In this document: one piece after another, positions 37,618 to 49,720 of the stretch | How positions within the stretch are numbered: position 1 is the first letter of the stretch | Layout of the letters: each line of letters begins with the position of its first letter | NCBI RefSeq assembly: GCF_011386835.1 | Contig: NC_088793.1 | Span: forward strand, 163,246,001-163,310,000 | Origin: Chrysemys picta bellii | Taxonomy: Eukaryota | DNA: 64,000 nt | Reading direction: 5' to 3' | The notes under the pieces: generated by a model | Seen by the model: the letters and a program-made list of their open reading frames with translations, nothing else | Databases searched by the model: none | What the model was told of the DNA's origin: nothing | Position numbers and translations under genes: made by a program

Positions 37618-37848
37618 GGGTCATCAGAGGTGTTATGTTCTCCAGGACACAAAATTGTCTTGTGGTCTAGAAACAGAGTGATAATCAGAACCAGCTGGAT
37701 TAAAATTAACTTCTTCTGACTTGAGCGCGCGTTTGATTATGCTGAAATATTCTTCCATTGTTTGTCTGTACCAGATGGTAGACTGGTACAGACAAACCGT
37801 GCCAGACTGGCCATCAGGATTCTGCATGCACACGCTTTCTCTTTCCTG
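37618..37848 (+). other. Candidate spliced exon (231 nt; non-coding or start-codon-bearing)
   Basis: About 40-nt pyrimidine tract ending TTTCAG at 37617; donor CTG|GTAAGG at 37848/37849; stops in all three frames in the 5' half. Confidence 0.4.
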
Positions 37849-37913
37849 GTAAGGCTTTAGTGTTTTGTAGTTAAAATTGGGCTGTTGGACCTGTTTAGTG
37901 TTATGCTAAGAAT

Positions 37914-38986
37914 TTCAAAAGTGACTAGTGATTTTTGGACACCTCTGTTATCAGGTGCCCAACTTGAGAGCCCTTTAAAGGGGCTTGATTTTTCTGAGGA
38001 TGGGTGCTTAGCACTTTCTGAGAATCAGTCCCCTTTAAGGGGTCTCAAGTTGGGGACTGTAGCGAGGCGGTGGGCTACCCCACAGCCCCGCTGAGGGCCG
38101 AACCTCCCCTACTACCAACGTGGGCGGAGCCACCGGGTCCGGCACCCGCCCCTCCGAGCATGGCCCCGACCCGGAAGTATAAAAGCCCGCCTGCAGAGCT
38201 CAGTGGAGCCTGGGCTGGCGGAGAGAGCAGACGTCCCTGGCCGAGCTCCCGCTTGGGAAACAGCCGCAGGCCGCGAGCAGCCTGCTGACTCACCGGGCCG
38301 GTCGAGCCTACCTCTCGCCAGGTACCCCAAGGAGGACTGGCCAAGCCTGCCCTATGCCAGCTACCCCGAGGAGGAGCCGAGCCTGCCCCGTGCCAGCTAC
38401 CCCGAGGAGGAGCCAATGCTGGTGGAGAGCACCGACGACACTAAGACGGCCCAGGTACCATACGAGGGGGAGTGTGGAAGTAGCCCGGGGGCAGCCGACC
38501 CCAGTCTGGCTGCTGCACTGCCAGAGCCAATGTCAGTGTGTTGTGGCCAGGATCCCCACTGACAGCAGCGAGTTTCCACCGCTGCTAGGGCCCTGGCTGG
38601 GACGCTGTGGAGTGGCAGGGCCTGCGCGCCCTCCTGCCACCCACTCCTTGGGTGGCAGACTCCCCCTGTTCCCCCTGGCCTAGAGAGGCTGGGTACCTGA
38701 TTGACTATTTGCTACTGACCCAGCCCCTGCTACAAGGCCTGGGCCGCTGTTTGACTATTGATTATTACCCCGCCCTGACCTAGGGCCTGGGCTGCTACAA
38801 ACTCTGACCCAGCCCTTGCTTAAAGGCCTGGGTATTTGCCTGACTGTGTGATTACTGCCCCGCCCTGATTGAGGGCTCGGGGCTCTTTTCTGACTAGCAA
38901 GGCGGTGGGCTACCCCACAGCCCCGCTGAGGGCCGAACCGCGGCCCAAAACTACTACACTGACTCAAATCACTAGTCACTTTTGAA
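37914..38986. mobile_element. Palindromic MITE split by the LTR-like insertion
   Basis: Perfect 21-bp inverted ends TTCAAAAGTGACTAGTGATTT (37914-37934 / 38966-38986). Confidence 0.7.
38058..38958 (+). mobile_element. Solo-LTR-like element (about 900 bp, Gypsy-like)
   Basis: TGTAG...CTACA ends; TATAAAA at 38178; GC/CpG-rich; 36-bp tandem repeat at 38344-38415; no TSD found. Confidence 0.65.
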
Positions 38987-39632
38987 GATCTTCGCCTTAA
39001 GCTTTTTCAGAGCTGTAGTTGGATGATGACTTGGCTTGGAGTGGTGTTTTGTGAAGGCAAAATGAAACAGTGGCTCAGAAGTAGCTGAGTCGGTGATCCT
39101 ATGCCATCACTAATTTTTAGCTGTACTTGTGCTATTTCATGTGTTCTAGCAATATCTATTATTTTATTTAAATCCAGCTTAGTTTCTTGAGTTATCAGCT
39201 TTTCATGTATTTTTGGTCAAATAGGCCCAGATCCTGTCCTGTCCCAAACTGATGTCTCCTTAAACTGTCTTTAGCTAATAGCTTTACCTCTATCACATAC
39301 TGCTCTGAGTTCATTTGGACCTTCTACTTTTATACATTTTTCTAGCTTTTGTGGTGTCATATATATTGTAATGTCTTTCTCTTTCTTTCTTTCAACTGAC
39401 ACTTTTTATCCAAATTTTTATAAATGTCTTTACTTTTCTCTCCAGTCCAGATTAACAGTAACAGACTTTTTCCACCTCATTTCTAGATTTCAGGTGACCC
39501 TGAAAAATGAACTTTTCCCACTCCTCGTGAGGGATCCTGCTTTTTTAGTTCATCTTGAGTAGCTGAACTGAGTAGATATATATATATTTTTCCTTAGGTT
39601 GCATCTACACTTCTAGAACTTCTTATAGCTGT

Positions 39633-40170
39633 GGCCTTGTCTACGCTCCCACAGTAAGTCGACCTAAGTTATGCTACTCTAGTTATGTGAATAATGTATC
39701 TGGAGTTGACGTAGCTTAGATCGATTTATTGCGGTGTCTATACTGCGCTGCGTCGATGGCAGATGCTCTCCTGTCGACTTACCTTACTCTTCTTGTTCTG
39801 GTGGAGTACTGGAGTCGACCGGAGAGCGCTCTGCCGTTGATTTAGCGGGTCTTCACTAGACCCACTAACAGGGCCGGCTCCAGCATTTCTGCCGCCCCAA
39901 GCAAAAAAAAAAAAAAGCCTCGATTGGCGGCAGAAATTGGGGGGAGGAGGGGAAGCTGCAATTGGCAGCGGCAGTTCAGCGGCAGGTCCTTCGCTCCTAG
40001 AGGGAGTGAGGGACCTGCCGCCCCCGAATTGCCACAGGTGCTGCCCCTCTCCCTTGGCCGCCCCAAGCACCTGCTTGTTAAGCTGGTGCCTGGAGCCGGC
40101 CCTGCCCGCTAAATTGATCCTGCTGCATCGATTGCAGTAGTGACGATCTACCGGTAGTGTAGACCTGGCC
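39633..40170. mobile_element. PIF/Harbinger-like MITE (related to 25951-26236) carrying a nested hAT MITE
   Basis: Ends ggccttgtctac / gtagacctggcc. Confidence 0.75.
39869..40104. mobile_element. hAT MITE (CAGGGCCGGC ends)
   Basis: TIR CAGGGCCGGCTCCAG; 8-bp TSD CCCACTAA/CCCGCTAA. Confidence 0.9.
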
Positions 40171-40288
40171 ATACAGTGTTATTGTTTACTTCCATGGGTA
40201 TAATCCTGTGAACGATAGTGCTGAACCTAAGAAATTATTCCATTTGTACTAGGGTAGTGCCCGCTGGACTAGAAGTTATACAAACAGA

Positions 40289-40416
40289 CAGGGGTGCTGG
40301 AACAATTTGTATAGTGGGATGCTGATAATGGAAACCATGTGTTTGGGGTTTGTTATTACTACGTTAAGTCCGGGGGTGTGGCTGCAGCCCCAGCATCCCT
40401 AGTTCTAGCACCACTG
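40289..40416. mobile_element. Small hAT-type MITE
   Basis: Ends caggggtgctggaac / gttctagcaccactg; degraded TSD CAAACAGA/CAGACAAA. Confidence 0.6.
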
Positions 40417-42729
40417 CAGACAAATAGTCTTTGTACCTAACAGCTTGCAATTTTACAAAATTCTAGCTAGAGAGATTCTCAGGTAGTGAACAAACTTTAC
40501 TTGTAATAGCAGCTACTAAAAAGAATTGCACCATTTCTACCGAAATCTAACTGCCTATACATTAAGTTAAACAAAATTTGTAAGATGGTCTATAATAGCA
40601 CCAGCTGGTGACTTCTAGTTATATTACACATGTATTTCTAGAACAACTGTTTTATCTATCTATCTATAGATCAGTTAGTTTAAGGGGTAGTGTATGTATT
40701 GTAAACTGGCCTGTAGATTTCAATTCAATAAACTCCTCTTTACAAAATAGCATATATGAACTCTAATGGGTTAATTTTGGTATCGTAAGACTATGAAAAT
40801 TGATACGAGTCAAAAGAAATATTTCATTTTTGGTTATTTTAATGGACTAAAGTACAGCATTTCAAGGACAAACTATCTTGTAAAGTCCCTCAGTGTGGTG
40901 TGTTGTATGTGATGCTCATTTTAGAATGGATTTGGATTTTCCAAATCACCCCTTTTGTTGGTGAAATACATGCTGCAATTAGCCAAATATGTTTAGACTT
41001 TTGTTGCAGAAAGTCTTTTTCTCGTTTTCCCTGAAGATGTTAAAATTCTACATTCAGTGGCACAAATTAGATGGAGTGATATAGATTGCATCAAAACAGC
41101 AATTGCAGGCCAAGAGCAGCAGAAATCTGGTCATTGCTTTTAGAATGTCAAAGTAATGGTTAATGTATGTATGGTTAATGTATGTAGCCAACAGAAAATG
41201 CATGCTGGTCAGCAGATGCTCTGTCTTGGTGGCTGCCAGAACACTTACTGCAGCATGTTTGCTAAACCCTATATACAGGACCTCTGTTCATTGGGTTACT
41301 CATTGAGCTTTTAATAGTCAACTTAATTTTAGTTAAGGTTCAGTTTAGTAACTCTAGAAATTAATGGAAAATATTCTCCGTGTTAAACTGGTAAACTGTA
41401 TTAAACACAATATGCACAGACACAGTATCTTTGGAGGTAGAAGATAAAAGATCAATTCCTATGGATCTTATAGTCACAAGCTTTTAAGGATAAATTACAG
41501 AAACTTTGTAATTATTGTGGGTAATCTTGCAGAAAATTAAATCTTGAGTTTGCATGTGTGAGGAAGTTTGGTCTCCTTTGCTCACCATAGCTGTGTAGTG
41601 TAAAAGCAGCTCACTGTAGTGTGGGCTCCTTGGTTACCTGTCAGGCTTTGTGTTTCACTTCACTGCAGGTAAAATGCTGTTTCTAAGACTGGCTAAATCC
41701 CTGGCAAAAGCAAGAGGTCTTATTGTCAAGGCATGTTTCTGAGACCTGTAGTTCTTACTTTCTCTGTCTCTTTGAAAGTGGCTTTAGAACCTGCTGAAGT
41801 TTACAAGGTAAGAGGGAAAGTCTGTTTGACTCTTTTCAGATATTTTTTATTTATTGGTTGTTTCATGGTTTCAGACTCCTGGTGGAGTACAAATACAGAC
41901 CCCAGGCAAGACATTTTGTCCTACTTAAATAAGGTCTAATTTAACTGAAGAGGGCCAGTTATTACCCTATAGATTGAAACACCAGGGACTATAAATATAC
42001 CGTAATTAAAAACTGTTAAAAAAAAAAGACAAGGGTACAGTATGGTAACAACAAAATGCAGCAAGAGGTTTTTCTATTAATTTTAGGGAATGTTTTAAAG
42101 TGCTCAGGAAAGATGTCTGATGTCCCTGGAGAATAAAAGCCTCTGTTTACCCACAGGACAGGTATTACAAGGAGATTTGCAGTGCAGACTTTCTCACATT
42201 GTCCTTTATGGCCTTGTCTACATTAGGGGTTTTCAGCCCCATTAATCCGAAAAGGTGCAGACCCATTGTGGGAGAGGCATACTATAAATTTGTCAGGGCT
42301 TAGGTTTGACCATTCCAAGCTGGTCTAGCATCAAATACTTAGGTTGTTACCAAAACTGAAATGGAAGATATCAAGGAGTTTAAAAATCTTACTAGAAATA
42401 AATGTTCTTAGCACCAAAAGAAAGCATATATTAGCAGTAAGGGGTACTCCAGACTTACCAAGGGGTGGGGTAGTCTTTCCCACAATAGCAGATGCAATTC
42501 TGCTTCAGATAGCTGAAAAGAGAATTCACTTGGGAAGGGCTGCATGGTCCCCAAATCAGAGCAGCATGCCTTACAAATGCCATAGACAGTCTTCAGATTC
42601 TTCTATTTTATAATCTTGCCCATCACATTATGTGATTTCAGCACAGCAATTGAGATATCTGTGGTGATTTTATTAACTATTAAAAGTATTTTCTTTGACT
42701 AACAAGGAGAGAATGTGTTTTAGTTCTAA

Positions 42730-42900
42730 TGATCAGCGGATAGGGAGTCAAGACTCTTGGACACTAATCATAAAATAGATCTATAAATAGGGACGATAAT
42801 AATAATAAATACCTACCTTGTAGGAGTATTGTGCAGTATGTTTGTAAAGTGCTTTGAGCGTCTTGAGTGAAAGGTCTTATAGACATACAAAGTATTTCTC
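42730..42900 (+). mobile_element. MIR-like SINE (partly deleted)
   Basis: ctataaatagggacgataat...tgtttgtaaagtgctttgag tail. Confidence 0.5.
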
Positions 42901-45829
42901 ACTGATATAGGGCTCTTACTTAGGCTCCCCTTTTAATCACTTTTATTTATAACAAAACCTTGAATATCAGTTCCAACATGGTTAGCCACCATAAATGATG
43001 TGATAATGAGGATGGAGTATAGGTCACAAGCCTGTAAATATGTGTGAGGAGATGGTGAGCTTAACCTACCAGGTGAAAGAAAGGTTAGTATACCAACTGC
43101 ATGAACACTTCAAAGCATGTAGATAGTTTGCTGCACTAACTTAATTATCTGTGCTATAGATATGTTTGACAAACATATCTATAGCCCAGATACTATTACT
43201 TCACAGTGGGAGATAGCAGAGTGCTTCTGTTTGGTTGGCAGTTTACTGAATCCTTCCTTCTGCTTCCCTGCATTACTCTTTTCAAGGACTTTCCCCCCTC
43301 CTCTTAATCCATTTGATGAATGGAAACTTATTCCTTTCTTGGTAATGGCAGAAAATATTTTAAGGAAGAGGCAGTGTGCGGCCAGATAGGATGGATTTAA
43401 ATGATTCTTAACTGAGACTGATAAGATTTCACTCTTTTTTTTATAAAATCCATTGATAACTGAGCACCTAAGTAGAAGCTGTCTCTCTCTTTTTCCTCTC
43501 TCCCCCCCCCCCCACTTTATTTCTTCACTGAATTGTGTTTTGGAGCCAGTTTTCTTTCTCCATGAAAGAATGCCTCCGATAATTATATAATGCTATAGTG
43601 TGCTTTTGAGCAACTGAATGTTGTGGACTTTTCTGCAAATGGTGTGATCTGAAATGTAAAAAGGGAGCATTACCAACACCACTCATCCCAGCAAAATTGA
43701 TTGAAGAGACCTGTTCTTTGTCACCAAAATGTGGCCTGCTGTAAGGCTGTTGGTAAGCTGTGGGCTTTAATAGGTAGAGACTATGGGGAACCTCTCAGCT
43801 TTTTATCCTTTCCTCTTCTGTAAGGTCTCTTACACAGGAAGGTACAGTTTTTAGATATGGTTATTTTAATACTGATCCTCTGAGGTTGGCAGGTAGATGG
43901 GGAAAGAGAGAAGATCATGACGATATGCTAAAAAAAGCCAAAATGTTCTATATCAATAAAAATGGAGTAATAAAACAAATGAAATGAAATGAATTCATAC
44001 ACAAGGGGACTCCATTTTAGGAAGGCTCTTAATTCCAATGCTAGATTATCCATTATGGAAAAATGAAAAGCATTAACTAAGAGGCACTACAAGTATTCCT
44101 TTAATTCAGTGAATTCACTTGAATTAATTCAGTTGCCAACACTTCTAACCAGAGATAGCCACAGGTAAAATCTAGATTTTTTTTTTTTTCTTTCCCCTGT
44201 ACAACTATGCCTTAGTTACAAACACAGACACAGAGGTTGGATATGTACTCGTCTTTGTACATACAATATATATATATATATAGGTTATATCTGTTGTGTC
44301 AGTAGCCCATGTATACTTAATACTGAATTTTGTTATTCAACAAAGACTCAAAATCCAGAGACACAGGCCAAATTCTGATCTCCGTTACAGTGGTGTAAAT
44401 CTGGAGTAACTCCATTGCCGTTAGTGGAATTACTCCAGATTTCCACAGGTGTAGCTGAGACCAGAACTCGGCTAATGATCAAGTCAGTAATTTTCTGATC
44501 TGAAGATGCAGTTGATAAGGCATGTTTTACTTATATGTTCTGTACTAAATCTAGTGCCTGCCAGTTCTTAAGGAAAGCCTCAGCTAAAATGAAAGTGAAA
44601 CTTTCAGTTTATCCAAGTTTTTTTTTATTTGTTGTGGTTTTTTGTGAGATTGAATTCATAAAGAAACTATTGTATTGTAATAATTCCTACGAGCTTTGGC
44701 TATTTCTTTGGGGGGAAAGTACTGACCTTTCCCTATTTTTAATAAAACCTTTATGGTTTTCAGTTTGCCTCCTCTATGATAGTGCAGGAATTTTTATTTT
44801 GTGTTGATGGTCAGGGAAATTCTATTTATTTCTTCTGTATATAAGAGATCTGAAAAGTCTTAGGGAGGAGGAAAGTAAATCAAATTTATAGGCCTGATTA
44901 TCCTCTCACACTTGTGTAACTGAAAGGAAGATTATGTCTTATGTACTATATTGCCTATACATGCAATGTTACATGGAACAAAATAAGTACATTGTGATCT
45001 ATTAATTTAAGCACAAGACATTTGGAACAAGTTAATAAAAGCAAGCAGTCAATGGTAAATTTATGAGGGGAAATATTGCCCTTTGGTGAACATGTGCCTC
45101 TTCCCTTGCCAGTTAATAGAAGATGTGCATACACCTAAAGGAAGCAGTGTGGTCCCGTGGATGGGACAAAGGACTGAGTTGTGGTTCTGCCACTGATGTT
45201 TTGTAAAGGGCTTTGAGCTCTCTGGATGAAAAGCATTATAAAAGAGTTAAGTAGTATTAAGCCTGCTTTGTTAGATGGTGGGCTTTATTGGTTTTATTTT
45301 TTTATTTTATTTTATGGTTTGTGCTTTGTATGAAAAGAGACTACTAGGAAAGCCCTTTGAGCTTTAGCACTGGCATTTTCCTTTGGCCTCCTTTTTCTTT
45401 CTCATGCCCGAGCTACTGAAAGTTAAAGGACATGGCATTTATTTACACAGAGTAAAGTTACATAAATAACCAGCATATTGTAATAGATCATCATTAACAT
45501 GAACAAATAATTTTATGGATACCTTCAAATACCTCTGAAATAACTCCAGTCCCATCCAATGTCACTATGCAGATGTGACAGGAACAAACACTCTCCCCCC
45601 CTTAGCATTCATTTGTCTGGGACTACTCCTGTGTACTGGAAAAGATCCATCCCAGTCCCTTTTCCAGATCAAGGCTACTTCAGTGACAAACAGACAGAAC
45701 TTCATGGAGGTGACATAAAACTAATGGATAGCACCTAAATTCCATCCACCACAGATCTGACCAGCAATTCCTTACTGTGTCACCCCACATGGCATTGAAA
45801 AGCATAATCTCCAGGGAGTTCTATAAATA

Positions 45830-46160
45830 CAAGCTGAGATCTCTGAGAGCTGATCACTATCTGGAAGGAATAATATGTGCAGTGTATTGTAAGAAATTAC
45901 CAGCTCCCTGGAAAGCTCACAACACAATCTTTCTGCATAGATTTCTCTTCTGTTCTTCTGTATGAACCTTATGCACTTCACCTATCTCCTTGTTTCCTAC
46001 AATATGATGTTGTTGGTCAATGCAGTTTTTTCAAACACCTTCCTAGTAGTCATAGTTTTCTTCTCATTCCTTCCTTAAATGTCAGCCATCATGTCGGAAG
46101 ATAGACTTAGAAAGCAGTGTGTATAATTGATCCCCCATCATTCCCCCTTTTCCTGTAGTT
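45830..46160 (-). pseudogene. SGNH/GDSL hydrolase remnant
   Basis: GKGGMMGDQL (46124-46153), HL/GRNE (46063-46081, cf. HLGGND), LFLPDSDQLS (about 45840-45875, cf. LFRxDGVHLS). Confidence 0.55.
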
Positions 46161-46339
46161 TGGTTTTCTCCAGCTGTGCACCATCATTTTGAAAACTACT
46201 TTTCTATTGCACCCAGGACTCAAACAAATGCCCACAAATCTATTTCTGCTTCCTTGCCTATTGGGTATCTGCTGTAGAGAGAACATAAACATGGAAATAA
46301 CTGCCTGACCTTGTTCCTATTCTGTGCCTCCATTTGTGG

Positions 46340-47010
46340 TTTAACATTGTATAAATTCACCAGAATGCCACCTGTTTTTGCTTAATCCTCTCTTTGGCAA
46401 GTCCAGCTGTGAACTTGAGGAACCAGTATTGTGCCAAAATCTGCTGGGTCAGAACATGTATGGGGGAAAAAAATCCTTTCCTAAAACATTAAATATAAGA
46501 ACCGGATATTGTTCTGGTTCTGACTTGCAGAAGAGGGCCATTCTCCTTTTTAGAATTGCTTAGGAATAGTGAATGTGTAGGCTAATGAGTCATTGAATGT
46601 TATATTATCCTGCAGTTGCATGAGTTCAGCTACTCATTTTTGAAGGAGGCAGTCCATATCAGTGGTCAAGTAGCTCCTCCAAAATGCTATTTGACTAATC
46701 TGAAAAGAAATTGGTCTTGAAAATACCCTTGTCCAGAGTTTCCAGAAAGTCCATAAGCACTTGATGCATGATGGATTCTTTCTTTATCAGGCATCTGCTT
46801 CCCTTTCCTAGCTCAATTCTCCAGCAATTTTTTTTCTTCTGTAGTAAGAGACAAGCAATATATTCCATATGCCACCAAGCTTTGTAAAGAAGCTTACTGC
46901 TGACAATCTCACAGCTGCTAAGGAATAGTCCAGGCCTTGCTTGTAAAGTGACACTAAGCACAAGAGTATGTATTCCATTGGGATTGACCATGTATTTTCA
47001 TTCACCTTTT
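46340..47010 (-). pseudogene. Tyrosine recombinase remnant
   Basis: LVSLYKQGLDYSLAAVRLSAVSFFTKLGG (N-terminal region); DFGT...AGLAKERIK...RWHS at 46350-46442 (cf. FGTHSFRIG..GL....IK..GRWxS), across frameshifts. Confidence 0.65.
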
Positions 47011-47936
47011 TTCCTTCTTGAAGGAAATATGTTAGTGCCTCCTAACTACATGCCTAACAGATGATGGCAGCCACCAATTTCCATAGCAAAGCCCCTTGGC
47101 CACAAAGCATCTAAAAGAAATCTGGAATTGGACAAGTTCATCTTTGCTGCGAGCTCAGCAGCAGATCATCTCAATCAAGAGCAGTGGAAATGACAGACTG
47201 AGCAATTGGCTTAGCAACACTTAAAACCTGTTTGGCCCCGAAGGAAATATGCAGGCGTAAACACTTCAGAATCTAAAACCTTTGATACTTAGGGACAGGT
47301 TTCAAAGGTGGTCAGTGTTCTGGGTGTTCTGCACCTCTGAAAATAACATCCTTAGTTTCTGACCACGGATTGCTTGAACAGCTACTGAAAGAGCACCCTT
47401 CAAAATATGCAGAATGACCTCCAGCTGAGACAAACTTAATATAGCTCCTGCTGGCTCAGCCAGGTGGAACCTTTCCTTTTGGCTCACCCGATTTGCTGCC
47501 CACAGACCATGAAAGTCCCTGGGACTTGGCTGTGACAATGTGCGGGGACACATGACCAATACAGAAACAGGATGGGACACCCTCCTAATTGGTTAAGTCT
47601 AGTCTAGTGTGTGGCCACAAGTTGTCAGATACAACATATTCCTCAGGTGATTCCAGTGGGTGGCCAAATTTGCTTTATAGACAATAGTTTAACGAACATA
47701 ATGTACTTCAGATACGCTCTTTTTAAAACCGTAGCCAGGCCTCTGCATGCTATGGATGCCTGAAATAAACAGCAATGCTGCTTCCTCCTGAAGTATTCTC
47801 ACATAAGTTCACTGATAGATTTTTATCAGCTCCTACAATGCCCTATATTGGAAAGTAACAGTAGCTTGTGAAAAATATGGTTGGGGCTTGTGTGACTTCC
47901 AGGAGGATCTCCCCTATATATGGGATATGAAGAGAT

Positions 47937-49010
47937 ACTTGCAGAACCAGCAGGTTTCATGCACATTTTGTCAGAAACACCTACCAAAATATAGCATGGT
48001 ATCACATCTCCAGAAGCACAGAGCAGCTGGAAATATCTTCTTGTATATTGACTTGTGTTACTCTGATTAAAGGCATTGTTTCTCTCCTGCTGTCAAGCCA
48101 GCTAGCCCCCAGCAGCTGACAAAAATCTCAATCTGCAGCACGTTACCAATGAAGTTAAAATGACCACATGCTTTAAAGGAAAACCTATTGGCTGTTACAA
48201 CCTGCACCAGCAACTGCTTGAACTCACTGGTCCAAGCTCACCCCTAGTGTAACACAACTGAAGTCAATGGTGTTCTGGCAGGTTGAATTCAGTCCACTGA
48301 GTTTATCCATGGGGAGGTTAGAATTCATTTTCCAAGAAAGAACTCAAGACCCTAGTGTCTGTGCTGGACTTGGACCATCTGTTTTTATTTTTTTACTCCA
48401 AATTCATTAGCTACTTCACCAGTGTCTTCTACTTCACTTTCTGATGTGATGGGCCCTCCAGAAACTAACCCAAATTCAAGCCCCAGAGTTGTATACTCTG
48501 ATAAAAGAAGTGGTTATAGAAGGTGCTGCAAAATATTACAGTCCAGGAGTCTGTTTTTATCCAAAAAAATGTAGTTTGTAAATTCAGATTGTCAATGCAA
48601 TCCTGAGAACTAAAACCATATACGTGTTCCAGCAGCAATTGAAAAGCAGATTCCATATGGACCCTTGTCCTGATTGGGATGTTTGACTGCAAGAGCATGC
48701 ACTTGCTTGATTGGAAAGATGCATATGAAACCGAACTCAAAAGAGAGTCGATGTAATCATTAACTGACTCACCTTCTGGATGTGACAAGTGATGAATCAG
48801 CGTAAACTTGCCTGAAGCTTTCTTCGGGACAATACCCACAGGGGAAACCCTCATATGCTCAAGTGGAGCGTTATCAAACAGGCCCATTATTCTCCCCACA
48901 TGCCAGTTCTTTTCTATCTTGCCTCTAACCACCTGAGGACATATAACTGCTGATCTCAGCTTCCTTGCCAACATTTCATCTTGGGGCCTGAGTAAGATGG
49001 TTTAAACCCT
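47937..49010 (-). pseudogene. Ngaro/DIRS-type reverse transcriptase remnant
   Basis: ORF 48465-48974 GLFDNAPLEHMRVSPVGIVPKKASGKFTLIHHLSHPEGESVNDYID...ESAFQLL; downstream GHFNFIGNV (48139-48165), IRVT (48056-48067) and PAGSAS (47937-47954, cf. RNase H DAAGS). Confidence 0.85.
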
Positions 49011-49499
49011 CCACAAAACCTGTACACAGCAATTGGGTGTGTTGTCAGCCGATTTCAACAACCAGGAAAACATTTTATCTGCCCTCACTGGAATTTATGC
49101 TCTTTGCAGGCCCCTTTAATCAACTCTTGGCTTTTTCCACTGTCTTGCTTTGATTTGGATGACTGCTTGAAGCACCTGCTAATGGCCTGGAGCATTTATG
49201 CCTAAATTTGCAGTTTCTGTACCACTCACAATCAAACTGTTAGTAAACAGCCTTCTGGAGCACCTGCTGCATTATTTGGGGCTAGGAGTCTGTTCTGTTT
49301 GCTGATGAAAGCATTTTGTACAATGCTGTCTTTCTCTACCCCATCCCAGTCCATCCCATCCTCCACCTAAATTGCACGCTGTACCTCAGCCACACATTGG
49401 CCTTAAAAGTAACATCAGAATTCTTGATCTTCTCCAGATACTTGAATAATGCGCAGGATTTTTCCAGGATATTAGGGTAATGGGAGTGGTACAACTATA

Positions 49500-49720
49500 T
49501 AATAACAATCTAGGTCTTATACTTGTCATCAGTAGATTGCTAAGCACTTTACAAAGGCGGTCAGTATCTTTATTCCCATTTTACTTATAGGGAAACCGAG
49601 GCACAGAGCAGAGAATAACTTTCCGAAGGTGATGCTCTAGGCCAGTGGCAGTTCCAGGAACAGAACCTAGATCTCCTGATTCTCAGTTCATTGCTCTATT
49701 CACTAGGCAACACTGCCTCT
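49500..49720 (-). mobile_element. MIR-like CORE-SINE, near full length
   Basis: Tail aagcactttacaaagg, core cccattttacttatagggaaaccgaggcacagag, reverse tRNA-like head. Confidence 0.7.

Larger units (their letters stand above)
45800..49260 (-). mobile_element. Decayed tyrosine-recombinase retrotransposon (DIRS order, Ngaro-like)
   Basis: Collinear minus-strand remnants of RT, RNase H, YR and SGNH hydrolase (see sub-features); boundaries approximate. Confidence 0.8.

Noticed and set aside
37760-37797. Hairpin as a pre-miRNA
   Set aside because: A 15-bp stem is too short for a canonical precursor, and it matches no miRNA I recall
38203-38562. ORF with repeated SLPxASYPEEEP
   Set aside because: Explained by the 36-bp tandem repeat inside the LTR-like element
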